NCBI GenBank assembly: GCA_964344355.1
Contig: CAYFNE010000003.1
Location: 3,068 to 67,067 of the forward strand
Reading direction: 5' to 3'
Source of the DNA: an uncultured Magnetococcales bacterium
Lineage (GTDB): Bacteria > Pseudomonadota > Magnetococcia > Magnetococcales > CAYFNE01
DNA: 64,000 nt
A program made the position numbers and the translations under genes. The notes beneath the pieces were generated by a model. That model searched no databases, was not told the origin of the DNA, and saw only the letters and a list, made by a program, of their open reading frames with translations. Shown here in pieces: positions 41,335 to 49,976 of the stretch. How positions within the stretch are numbered: position 1 is the first letter of the stretch; each line of letters starts with the position of its first letter.

Positions 41335-42819
41335 TCAATCATCCAACCAGCCATAATCTGAAAGAACCCCCGAGCCCGGTTTGATTATCCTGTCCAAAAG
41401 TCGTTTACGCTCAACCGACAATGTTCCTTCATCTCGCCATAGATTCTCAATCTGCTTACCTATCACAACGAGACCAACTTTAAATTGACCAGCCAATAAC
41501 TTCATACACTTTTCAAGTGAGGTTTTGTTGATCTTATCTGGAATGGTGAGTTGTATCTCTCTGCGTGGTGCAAGAAACTCAGCGGCAAAGGCATTGGCTC
41601 GTTTTTCGACAAGTGCGGGCATTTTCCCCCCAAGAATATCCATATGTGGAACCGCATGGTCTGTATCAACCAGCAAATGGGCCATCTCGTGTGCCAGTGT
41701 TGTCCGTTCCCCCCAGCTTTTTTGGGCATGGGTGCCTGTCTTGTTGACCAGAACGCCGCTCTTTTCGGAGTCCCAGCACGCTATGGCATCAATCGTTGTA
41801 GGAAGTTTTTTCGTATTGACGACCGATACCCCCCAACCAGCCAAAATTTCTTTTGGTTTCACTTGTTGGTCATTCTGGATATTCAATTTTCTTCTCAACC
41901 AACGGGCCAGTAGATATCCTTGTTTATAGTGCTTTATGTTGGGCTCATGCGCCAAGATGCGTTCAAGCTCCTTTTCCGCTTTTTTTCGGAGCATGAGGAA
42001 TGATTTAAAAAAAGGCTCCATTTTTATTCTGTTAATGCGACCTATGACTTGCAGAATCTCCTCATTATCCAGACAGTGCTGAGTCATTCGAGCGGCTATC
42101 AATGGTCGTGTTGGTTCTTCCAATGAGATGGGGCCAAACATGGTTTCAAGTTCTTCATCATTGACCGCAATTGCCCGCAATCTTTCAATCGAAACACCGA
42201 TTGAAAGAGCATACCCTTCGGCACCGGTAGGAATGGCATTGCGATTTTGCCAATTTTCCAGAATGATCTTTCCCCGTGCTGAATTCGGGTGGACGGCATC
42301 GGCAATTTTTTCTCCAATGTGTTCCAGCACCGCCATTGCTTGGGAGTGTTCCATGCGCACATCCATATTTTCCGCCACGATCCGCATATCCCTGCCTTCG
42401 CGTAGTAAAAATACGGGAGAAAGCAGAATATCCGGCATGGCGGCGGCCAAATTGTGCCGTTCCCAAAACGCAATGACTTTGTACTCCTCCACATTGAACT
42501 CATTTTCCCCAAGTTCCATTCTTCCAAGCTCTTGCATGGCCTCGGTCATGAACTCAGCTGGAGATTTCGGATTGCAAAAAAATGGATATGGATCTTCGAT
42601 CCGCAGAAAGTGCCAGCTTTTTGCCAGATGATCCAAGAGAGCATCCCAGTAGTCTTCGATTCCTTCGACGGAATCGCTCTCCTCATCACTCCAGATCTCC
42701 CGATCATTCACCCTAAGAGTCAACTTGCCATGCCCGGAAAACATGGGAATTTTCCCATTGTCAGTCGACTTTACGGGTGAAAATTCAAATTTCATTATAT
42801 TGCTCATGAAATCAACCAT
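41335..42819 (-). CDS. 494-aa protein: unknown acidic N-terminal ~300 aa fused to a C-terminal ImmA/IrrE-type (COG2856, M78-like) zinc metallopeptidase
   Basis: TTLAHEMAHLLVDTDHAVPHMD...KRANAFAAEFLAPRRE; HEMAH is encoded at 41677-41691. Counted lines are low GC (33-52%). Candidate starts are ATG at 42819, 42807 or 42795, overlapping or abutting the upstream stop. Confidence 0.8.
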   Translation of the reverse strand: MVDFMSNIMKFEFSPVKSTDNGKIPMFSGHGKLTLRVNDREIWSDEESDSVEGIEDYWDALLDHLAKSWHFLRIEDPYPFFCNPKSPAEFMTEAMQELGRMELGENEFNVEEYKVIAFWERHNLAAAMPDILLSPVFLLREGRDMRIVAENMDVRMEHSQAMAVLEHIGEKIADAVHPNSARGKIILENWQNRNAIPTGAEGYALSIGVSIERLRAIAVNDEELETMFGPISLEEPTRPLIAARMTQHCLDNEEILQVIGRINRIKMEPFFKSFLMLRKKAEKELERILAHEPNIKHYKQGYLLARWLRRKLNIQNDQQVKPKEILAGWGVSVVNTKKLPTTIDAIACWDSEKSGVLVNKTGTHAQKSWGERTTLAHEMAHLLVDTDHAVPHMDILGGKMPALVEKRANAFAAEFLAPRREIQLTIPDKINKTSLEKCMKLLAGQFKVGLVVIGKQIENLWRDEGTLSVERKRLLDRIIKPGSGVLSDYGWLDD

Positions 42820-43252
42820 TCCGAGGTTTGTATCTCAGGTTGTTCCATCCTTCGGGAAGACGACTCTTGGCCCATTTTTTAAACAGACGAAACTCCCCTT
42901 TTTTATCGGCACGATCGGCCAGTTCCTCCAACACATAGCCCGGAACTTTTCCTCCGGTAGCTTCGCTTTCCGGAAATCCGTGATAGGATTTTCCCGGTTC
43001 GGTGATTTCGGCTCGATAGACGACGCCCTGATGCACGTTATAAATCCTGTCGGGGGGCTCCGTGTTGGGGGGATAGGATATGCCATTCCGAAGAATCTGT
43101 CTGGCCAACCCAGTTGTATTGGTAATGGAAGTCGGGCATTGTCCCCGACCGTTCTTTCCCTCGGGCTGGAATCCAGCTTCGTCTCGATTCCATTTATGTT
43201 TAAACCGCTTTTCTCCAGGTTCGTACTCATAATCAAGAGGCATGGCAATCAC
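42812..43252 (-). CDS. 146-aa basic protein, toxin-like (possible RNase-type toxin domain); family not identified
   Basis: MIAMPLDYEYEPGEKRFKHKWNRDEAGFQPEGKNGRGQCPTSITNTTGLARQILRNGISYPPNTEPPDRIYNVHQGVVYRAEITEPGKSYHGFPES...VPGYVLEELADRADKKGEFRLFKKW. Low GC. Overlaps the downstream ORF by 8 nt. No signal peptide. Confidence 0.6.
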   Translation of the reverse strand: MIAMPLDYEYEPGEKRFKHKWNRDEAGFQPEGKNGRGQCPTSITNTTGLARQILRNGISYPPNTEPPDRIYNVHQGVVYRAEITEPGKSYHGFPESEATGGKVPGYVLEELADRADKKGEFRLFKKWAKSRLPEGWNNLRYKPRNG

Positions 43253-43398
43253 ATTTGGTTAAAGCTGAAAATACTACTTTTCATTGCAGAGCCCCCATCC
43301 TCCACAACCGCGCGCCAGTTGGCTGAAAGATTTATCAGCGCGGCGTGTTCTCCCGGGCTGGTGGCAGCAAACCGGGAAGCGTCCTATCGCAGCCATTC

Positions 43399-43472
43399 GG
43401 CGGGGAGGTAGCCCCGCCTTACCGGCGGGGACGCAAACCCCGCCCTACCGTAGCGGCTCGCTCCTTAGCGAG
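43399..43472. repeat. Cluster of three GC-rich hairpins, REP/BIME-like: two tandem GGCGGGG-N6/7-CCCCGCC units plus ctcgct-cctt-agcgag
   Basis: GGCGGGG at 43399-43405 and 43424-43430; CCCCGCC at 43412-43418 and 43438-43444; each unit is followed by (t/c)tacc. The third hairpin is at 43457-43472. Confidence 0.7.
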
Positions 43473-43537
43473 TGGATGCCGCAGAAACCACGAATCTAAA
43501 AATGGGCACGATTCAGCTCGAATGGATAGGGTCGAAC

Positions 43538-43882
43538 TCAGCGTTTGCCGCTTCGCGCCAGTTCGGACTGGAGGTTGCTCTGTTTGCGTTCCGCCAGCCG
43601 CCGGCGGGCACTCCGGGTATATTCCTGCCGCTGCTGCTCGGAATGCATCTGTTTCATGAGTTCCTTTTTCTCGGCGATATTGACGAAATACATCATGCCG
43701 CTGCCGATGATCACCAGGAAGGCGAAGATCCCCCCCCAGACCAGCATGAATTTTTTCGCTTCATCGACATCCTTCCTGGCGACCGTCGCCCGGTTCCGGG
43801 GACGTTCATAGTCCCTGTCCCGTCGGTCTCTTTCCTTGGGTTCATCGATATCATCAAAGTCTTTGTCATCAATATCCATCAT
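43538..43882 (-). CDS. Small single-pass membrane protein with highly charged flanks (114 aa), hypothetical
   Basis: MMDIDDKDFDDIDEPKERDRRDRDYERPRNR...FMLVWGGIFAFLVIIGSGMMYFV...; one predicted TM helix. No family recognised. Confidence 0.5.
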   Translation of the reverse strand: MMDIDDKDFDDIDEPKERDRRDRDYERPRNRATVARKDVDEAKKFMLVWGGIFAFLVIIGSGMMYFVNIAEKKELMKQMHSEQQRQEYTRSARRRLAERKQSNLQSELARSGKR

Positions 43883-44115
43883 TCAATGGCCGTTTCCGCA
43901 AACAGAGTAGGAGGGGAAGGCATGTCGTCGATGCCCGGATGGTCCCGGAAGCAGACAGGGGCTCAGGGGGGTGGCCCCTCCGCCCTTCTGATTTCCCGGC
44001 TGAAACCAATGGATTGAAAAACCTGGTCGGTCATTTCCCGCAGAGTGTAAAGTAACCTACACTTTGTTGAACCATTTTTCAAGAGGCCCGTCCGACAACC
44101 CTCTCCCGATGGTCC

Positions 44116-45021
<906 letters not shown>

Positions 45022-45022
45022 T

Positions 45023-48000
45023 TCATCCATGGTCATCATTCCTACCAGGGGCAAGGCCCAGGGCCTCCCGTAGTGTGATCAACTGTTTCCCGGCCTCTTC
45101 GAATTCGAACTGGTCCAATCGGTCGGCCACCAGCGTGGCAATTTTCCGGAGTTGGCCGTTTTCCACCTCCATGGCGATCTTACGGGCCACGGTCAAGGCC
45201 TCGGAATCGAAGGCCCGGAGCAGTTCGTCCAGCTTGATCAGGTCCCGTTTCAGGATATCCGTGGCCATCGGCGCCGCTTCAACCGTTTTTGGCTTTGTTT
45301 CCTCAGGCAAATGTTCCTTCAACAGATCGATGATATCCGCCAATGGTTCCGCCAAGGCGGCCAACAACGGTTCCGGAGCCTGGCTCATCCCCTCCTTGAA
45401 GGCCTGTTCCAGCCGTTCCGCCGCCCGCTGTACCGCCGTCATGCCCAGGGCGCCGGATACCCCTTTCAGGCCATGGGCCAATCGCTGTCCCTCCTCCAGG
45501 TCCCCTGTCGCCAGGGTTTGGCGGATTCGCCGTACATCGTCGCCGTGGTCCGTCAGAAACATCTGCAGCAGACGGCGGAACAGTTCCCGGTTACCTTCGA
45601 TACGGGACAGGGCCCCGGCGACATCGATGCCGGGCAAGGGTCCGATCTCCACCGATGTATCTTCGAGGTCCGTCTCGCCGGTTTCCTCCTGGCGGGGCGG
45701 ATCATATTCACCCGGGGCCACCCATTCGAGGAGGGCGGAAAACAGCTCCCGGGGCTGGATCGGTTTGCCGACATGACCGTTCATACCGGCCGCCAGGGAC
45801 CGGTGACGATCCTCCGGCATGGTGTTGGCGGTCATGGCCAGGATCGGCGGAACGGTCACTCCCTCCATGCCGTGCAGCCGTTGTACCGTTTCATAACCGT
45901 CCATGCCCGGCATCTGGATGTCCATCAGGATACAGTGATAGATATTTTTTTCCACCATCCGCACCGCCGTTTCGCCATCTTCGGCCTCTTCCACCACCAA
46001 TTGGGCCCGTTCCAGCAGTTCTCTGGCCATCTGCCGGTTGATGGCATTGTCCTCCACCAGCAGGATACGCGCCCAGCGGATGGGGGCCAGGGCCGCCAGG
46101 ACGGTGTTCATGCCCTTTTGCCGCCGGCGATGACGTTCGGGGACCTCGCGGCCGAAGGCCTCCATGATGACGTTGAACAAAAACGAAGGGTTGACCGGTT
46201 TGCTCAATACGTTGTCCAGTGGCCGCACCCCTTTTTCACCGGCCAGCCGTTCCCGGTCCATGTCGGAAACGAGAATGACCCGCGATCGGCGACCATCACC
46301 CACCGCCGCCCGCAGCCGGGCGATACCCGCCGGCCCCTCCCCCAGACCGGGAATCGGCCAATCGAGCAGGAACAGGTCGAACGGTTCCGGCTCCCGGGCG
46401 AGAATGGTGGCCGCCTGGGGCCAGTCGGCGGCCACATGGGCCTTGAAACCGAAGGATTGAAGGTAGGTACCCATGATCTGCCGCGAAGAGTCGTTGTCGT
46501 CCAGCATCAAAACCCGCAGGCCCCGCAGATCGGGATTGGGCAGGAAAGCCGAGGTCTCCTCTTCGGCGGCCAGGCCGAGGTTGACGGTGAATCGAAAGGT
46601 GCTGCCGACGTTCAACCGGCTCTTGACACGGATATGCCCCCCCATCTGTTCCACCAGACATTTGCTGATGGCCAGCCCCAGACCGGTTCCGCCGAATTTG
46701 CGCGAGATGGATTGATCCACCTGCCGAAAGGATTCGAACAGGTGATCACATTGGGCCGGTGTCAGGCCGATGCCGGTATCCTTGACCGTAAACGCCAGGA
46801 CGATGCCCGTTTCATCCCGGCTCACCTCACTGATGGAAAGCAGTATTTCCCCGCGCTCGGTAAATTTGACGGCATTGCCCACCAGATTGACCAATATCTG
46901 TCCCAGGCGGGTGGGGTCCCCCCGCAGGTGCATGGGAATGGCCGGTTGCCGGGAAAAAAGCAGTTCCAGCCCCTTTTCCCGCGCCTTGACGGTGGTGACG
47001 CTGGCGACATGATCCAACACTTCGTCCAACTCGAAGGGGATGGACTCCAAGCGCATCATGCCGGCGTCGATTTTGGAAAAATCGAGGATGTCATTGATGA
47101 TGCCGAGCAGATTTTCGCCCGAGGCCCGTATCTTGATCAGGTGGTCCCGTTGCCGGGCGTTGAGGTCGGTGTGCAGGGCGAGACGGGTCAGGCCGATGAT
47201 GGCGTTGAGGGGGGTCCGGATTTCATGGCTGACCCGGGCCAGAAAGGTGCTGCGCGCCGCCACCAGCCGCCGTTGCCGCTCCCCTTCCAGGTAGCGGGCC
47301 ATCATCAGGATCGAGGCCAAACCCGCCACCACCGCCAATGGATAGAGCGCATCGACCAGCAAACGGTCCGCGACGAACCATCGCCAGGAAAAAAAGACGA
47401 AAACCGCCGACATCGGCAACCCTCGGACAAAACTGAAGCCGGCATTGCCCGTCCACAACATCGGCAACAGCCCCAACCAGGTGAGGATCAAAAACAGCAC
47501 CGTCACGGCATGATCCCAGTCGGGCCGCAACAGATAGGTGCCGTCGAGGATCTGTTCGGTCAGTTGCAGGTGGAATTCGATGCCCGGTACCTGATCCTCC
47601 AGGGGGGTGTCGATCCGGTTGTCCAATCCCGGGATGGTGCTGCCGATGAAGACGATATGACCGTCGATCCGCTGCCGCTCGATGCGGTTTTGCATCAAGT
47701 CCGGCAGTGAAATGTAGCGGTCGGGGTTGAATGGTCGAAAATGGGACCAGACCCGTCCACGGGATGAGAGGGGCCGGAAAAGGGGTCCGATCCGCAACCC
47801 ACCGATACCGGAAGCGGCCTCTCCCTGTTTTCGGGGCCGGGAAAGCACGGTGATCGCTTCCTGTCCATGGAACAGACGCACCGCCTCCAGGGGCAGGCCG
47901 GGGAACAGGGTGCCATCCACCTTGAACAACAGGCTGAGGCGACGTATGGAACCATCCTCTTCCCGGGTGTTCTGACTCATGACCCCCACCCCTCGGGCCT

Positions 48001-48742
48001 TTGATTCGAACAGATTCATGCCGGCCACCGCCCCCCGGTAGGGGGGCAAAAAGGGTGCGATCGGTCCATCCGGTTGTAAAAAATGGACTTTGGCCGCCGG
48101 TGGCGGTGGTCCGTCACCATCCGGATCGATGGCGAAACCGGTCACTGTCACCCCTTTGGCCATCGTTTCGGCCAGCAGATGGTCGGAATCCGGCATCTGT
48201 TCGATCACTGTTTCCAGGTCCGGTGATACGACCGACCGGTTCAACAGCCATTCCATGGCGGTACGATCCGGTTCCGCGAACACCACGTCGAAAACGACGA
48301 CGGCGGCCCCCGACTCGAACAACCGCTCCAGGACCTCGGCGATTCGTTTCCGTGGCCAGGGCCAGGGGCCCCAGGCCTTGAGACCGGCATGGTCGATGGT
48401 GGCCACCCGCAGCGGCAAATGGACCGGATCGGCCCGGGGTCGCCACCGTTGAAACCGATCGACGGCGGCATGGCGGATCGTTTGGCGAAACGGCGGGTCG
48501 GCGATCTGAATGGAGATGGCCAGCAACAAAAAAAGAGCGGAAAACCAGAACAACGGTTGCCGGGGCAATCCGGTCATTCCATCCAGGAGCCGCTGCAACG
48601 CGATGGTTGTCCGGGTCGACCAGCCGCTGCTGAAAAAGGGCGTGCCATTGGTCATGAGGGTGACCCGAGGGAGGTTGAACCGTTTGCGGTTTTCAACGGC
48701 AGGAGCATCAAGGACCTGCCATTGCCTTCGAAAACGGATCAA
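45023..48742 (-). CDS. CHASE2-sensor hybrid histidine kinase (CHASE2, TM, HisKA, HATPase, REC, REC, Hpt)
   Basis: GPWPWPRKRIAEVLERL (CHASE2), FLARVSHEIRTPLNAIIGL (H-box), DTGIGL...GGTGLGLAISK, two D-containing receivers (LLDWPIPG; LMDIQMPGMDGYE), C-terminal Hpt HGLKGVSGALG. TTG start at 48742; an alternative ATG is at 48655. Confidence 0.9.
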   Translation of the reverse strand: MIRFRRQWQVLDAPAVENRKRFNLPRVTLMTNGTPFFSSGWSTRTTIALQRLLDGMTGLPRQPLFWFSALFLLLAISIQIADPPFRQTIRHAAVDRFQRWRPRADPVHLPLRVATIDHAGLKAWGPWPWPRKRIAEVLERLFESGAAVVVFDVVFAEPDRTAMEWLLNRSVVSPDLETVIEQMPDSDHLLAETMAKGVTVTGFAIDPDGDGPPPPAAKVHFLQPDGPIAPFLPPYRGAVAGMNLFESKARGVGVMSQNTREEDGSIRRLSLLFKVDGTLFPGLPLEAVRLFHGQEAITVLSRPRKQGEAASGIGGLRIGPLFRPLSSRGRVWSHFRPFNPDRYISLPDLMQNRIERQRIDGHIVFIGSTIPGLDNRIDTPLEDQVPGIEFHLQLTEQILDGTYLLRPDWDHAVTVLFLILTWLGLLPMLWTGNAGFSFVRGLPMSAVFVFFSWRWFVADRLLVDALYPLAVVAGLASILMMARYLEGERQRRLVAARSTFLARVSHEIRTPLNAIIGLTRLALHTDLNARQRDHLIKIRASGENLLGIINDILDFSKIDAGMMRLESIPFELDEVLDHVASVTTVKAREKGLELLFSRQPAIPMHLRGDPTRLGQILVNLVGNAVKFTERGEILLSISEVSRDETGIVLAFTVKDTGIGLTPAQCDHLFESFRQVDQSISRKFGGTGLGLAISKCLVEQMGGHIRVKSRLNVGSTFRFTVNLGLAAEEETSAFLPNPDLRGLRVLMLDDNDSSRQIMGTYLQSFGFKAHVAADWPQAATILAREPEPFDLFLLDWPIPGLGEGPAGIARLRAAVGDGRRSRVILVSDMDRERLAGEKGVRPLDNVLSKPVNPSFLFNVIMEAFGREVPERHRRRQKGMNTVLAALAPIRWARILLVEDNAINRQMARELLERAQLVVEEAEDGETAVRMVEKNIYHCILMDIQMPGMDGYETVQRLHGMEGVTVPPILAMTANTMPEDRHRSLAAGMNGHVGKPIQPRELFSALLEWVAPGEYDPPRQEETGETDLEDTSVEIGPLPGIDVAGALSRIEGNRELFRRLLQMFLTDHGDDVRRIRQTLATGDLEEGQRLAHGLKGVSGALGMTAVQRAAERLEQAFKEGMSQAPEPLLAALAEPLADIIDLLKEHLPEETKPKTVEAAPMATDILKRDLIKLDELLRAFDSEALTVARKIAMEVENGQLRKIATLVADRLDQFEFEEAGKQLITLREALGLAPGRNDDHG

Positions 48743-48745
48743 CCG

Positions 48746-49882
48746 TTATTCGATGACCGAAAAAGGCTGACGAACACCGACCGTGGCATCGATGTGGGCC
48801 AGGAACTCCAGAACCGGCTGGGTGATGGACAAACCTTTTTCCAGTACCACCTGATTGTCGCCGTTGTGAACATTCTCCGCCAAAACCATACCCACGGTCA
48901 GTTCGGAGATGCTGCGTTTGCTCACCGTCTCCACCTGGTTGATGCTTTTGCCCAAAATATCCAGCAGGAAGGGATCATAAGAACGGATCATCATCTGGAA
49001 CGCCTCTTCCGGCGCCGCACCCAGGGTGAGCTGCCGTTCGAAGTAGACCGCTATTTTCAACAGTTGTCCACCCAACGACACGGCATCGCGTTCATTGGGG
49101 TGTTCCGTGAACGGGCCTTTGGATATTTTGTTCTGCCGGGCGATCATCTCCGCCACATCTTCCAACTGGGGTATTTTTTGCACCAGCCTCGCCCCCAACT
49201 CGGGATGCCGGTCCAGCACTTTTTCCTCCTGGGCCGAAATCGACTCGCCACGGGCATGTTTGGCCAACACCTGGTTGGGGATGGTCACGCAGCCGATCTG
49301 CGACAGGGAGGCGGCCAGTTCGAACTTCCAGGTGTCGGACCGATCCAGTTCCCTGGTGATGGTATGGACGATTTTTTTCAGTCTCGACGCCTTGCTGAAA
49401 GCGGTGGGATTGGCCAGGGACAACACTTCCGACATGGCGCTGATACTGCCCAGCAGGGTCTCCTTGAGCAGTTGTTGGATGGTTTTTTCCGATTCGCGAA
49501 CCGACAGTTGCGTATTGACCCGGGCCAGGACCAGGGGCGGCGAGACCGGCTTGGTGATATAGTCCACAGCCCCCAGGCGGAATCCCATGCCCTCGTCGGA
49601 ATTTTTATCGAGGGAGGTGACGAAAATGACCGGAATGTCCCGGGTACGCGGATCGGCCTTGAGTTGGCGGCAGGTTTCATGGCCATCCATCACCGGCATT
49701 TGAATGTCCAACAGGATGATGTCGGGTTTTTGCGACGATTGGGCGATCTCCAGGGCCTTCTTGCCGTTGAGCGCCACCAGAAGATCATATTTCCTTTTCA
49801 GGACCCCGCCCATGATGTCGATGTTTTCCGGCGCATCATCGACGATGAGCACTTTTTTCCGGCCCGTTTTTTCCTCCAACAT
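48746..49882 (-). CDS. Response regulator with a degenerate HD/HD-GYP-related output domain
   Basis: KVLIVDDAPENIDIM...LLDIQMPVMDGHETC (REC). The C-terminal ~230 aa resemble HD-GYP-like domains, but I cannot see intact HD or GYP motifs. aggaga SD is 6 nt upstream of the ATG at 49882. Confidence 0.75.
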   Translation of the reverse strand: MLEEKTGRKKVLIVDDAPENIDIMGGVLKRKYDLLVALNGKKALEIAQSSQKPDIILLDIQMPVMDGHETCRQLKADPRTRDIPVIFVTSLDKNSDEGMGFRLGAVDYITKPVSPPLVLARVNTQLSVRESEKTIQQLLKETLLGSISAMSEVLSLANPTAFSKASRLKKIVHTITRELDRSDTWKFELAASLSQIGCVTIPNQVLAKHARGESISAQEEKVLDRHPELGARLVQKIPQLEDVAEMIARQNKISKGPFTEHPNERDAVSLGGQLLKIAVYFERQLTLGAAPEEAFQMMIRSYDPFLLDILGKSINQVETVSKRSISELTVGMVLAENVHNGDNQVVLEKGLSITQPVLEFLAHIDATVGVRQPFSVIE

Positions 49883-49976
49883 GTGGTTTCTCCTGAAAGA
49901 TGGTGCCAACGATGATGGGAGTCCTTGGAAAACTCTTCAACGACCTCCGAGAGGAGCGATCCCCATCCTTCGTGAT

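Noticed and set aside
43284-43499. 71-aa plus-strand ORF across the hairpin cluster
   Set aside because: It is Pro/Arg/Gly-rich and spans the REP-like palindromes. It has no start context.
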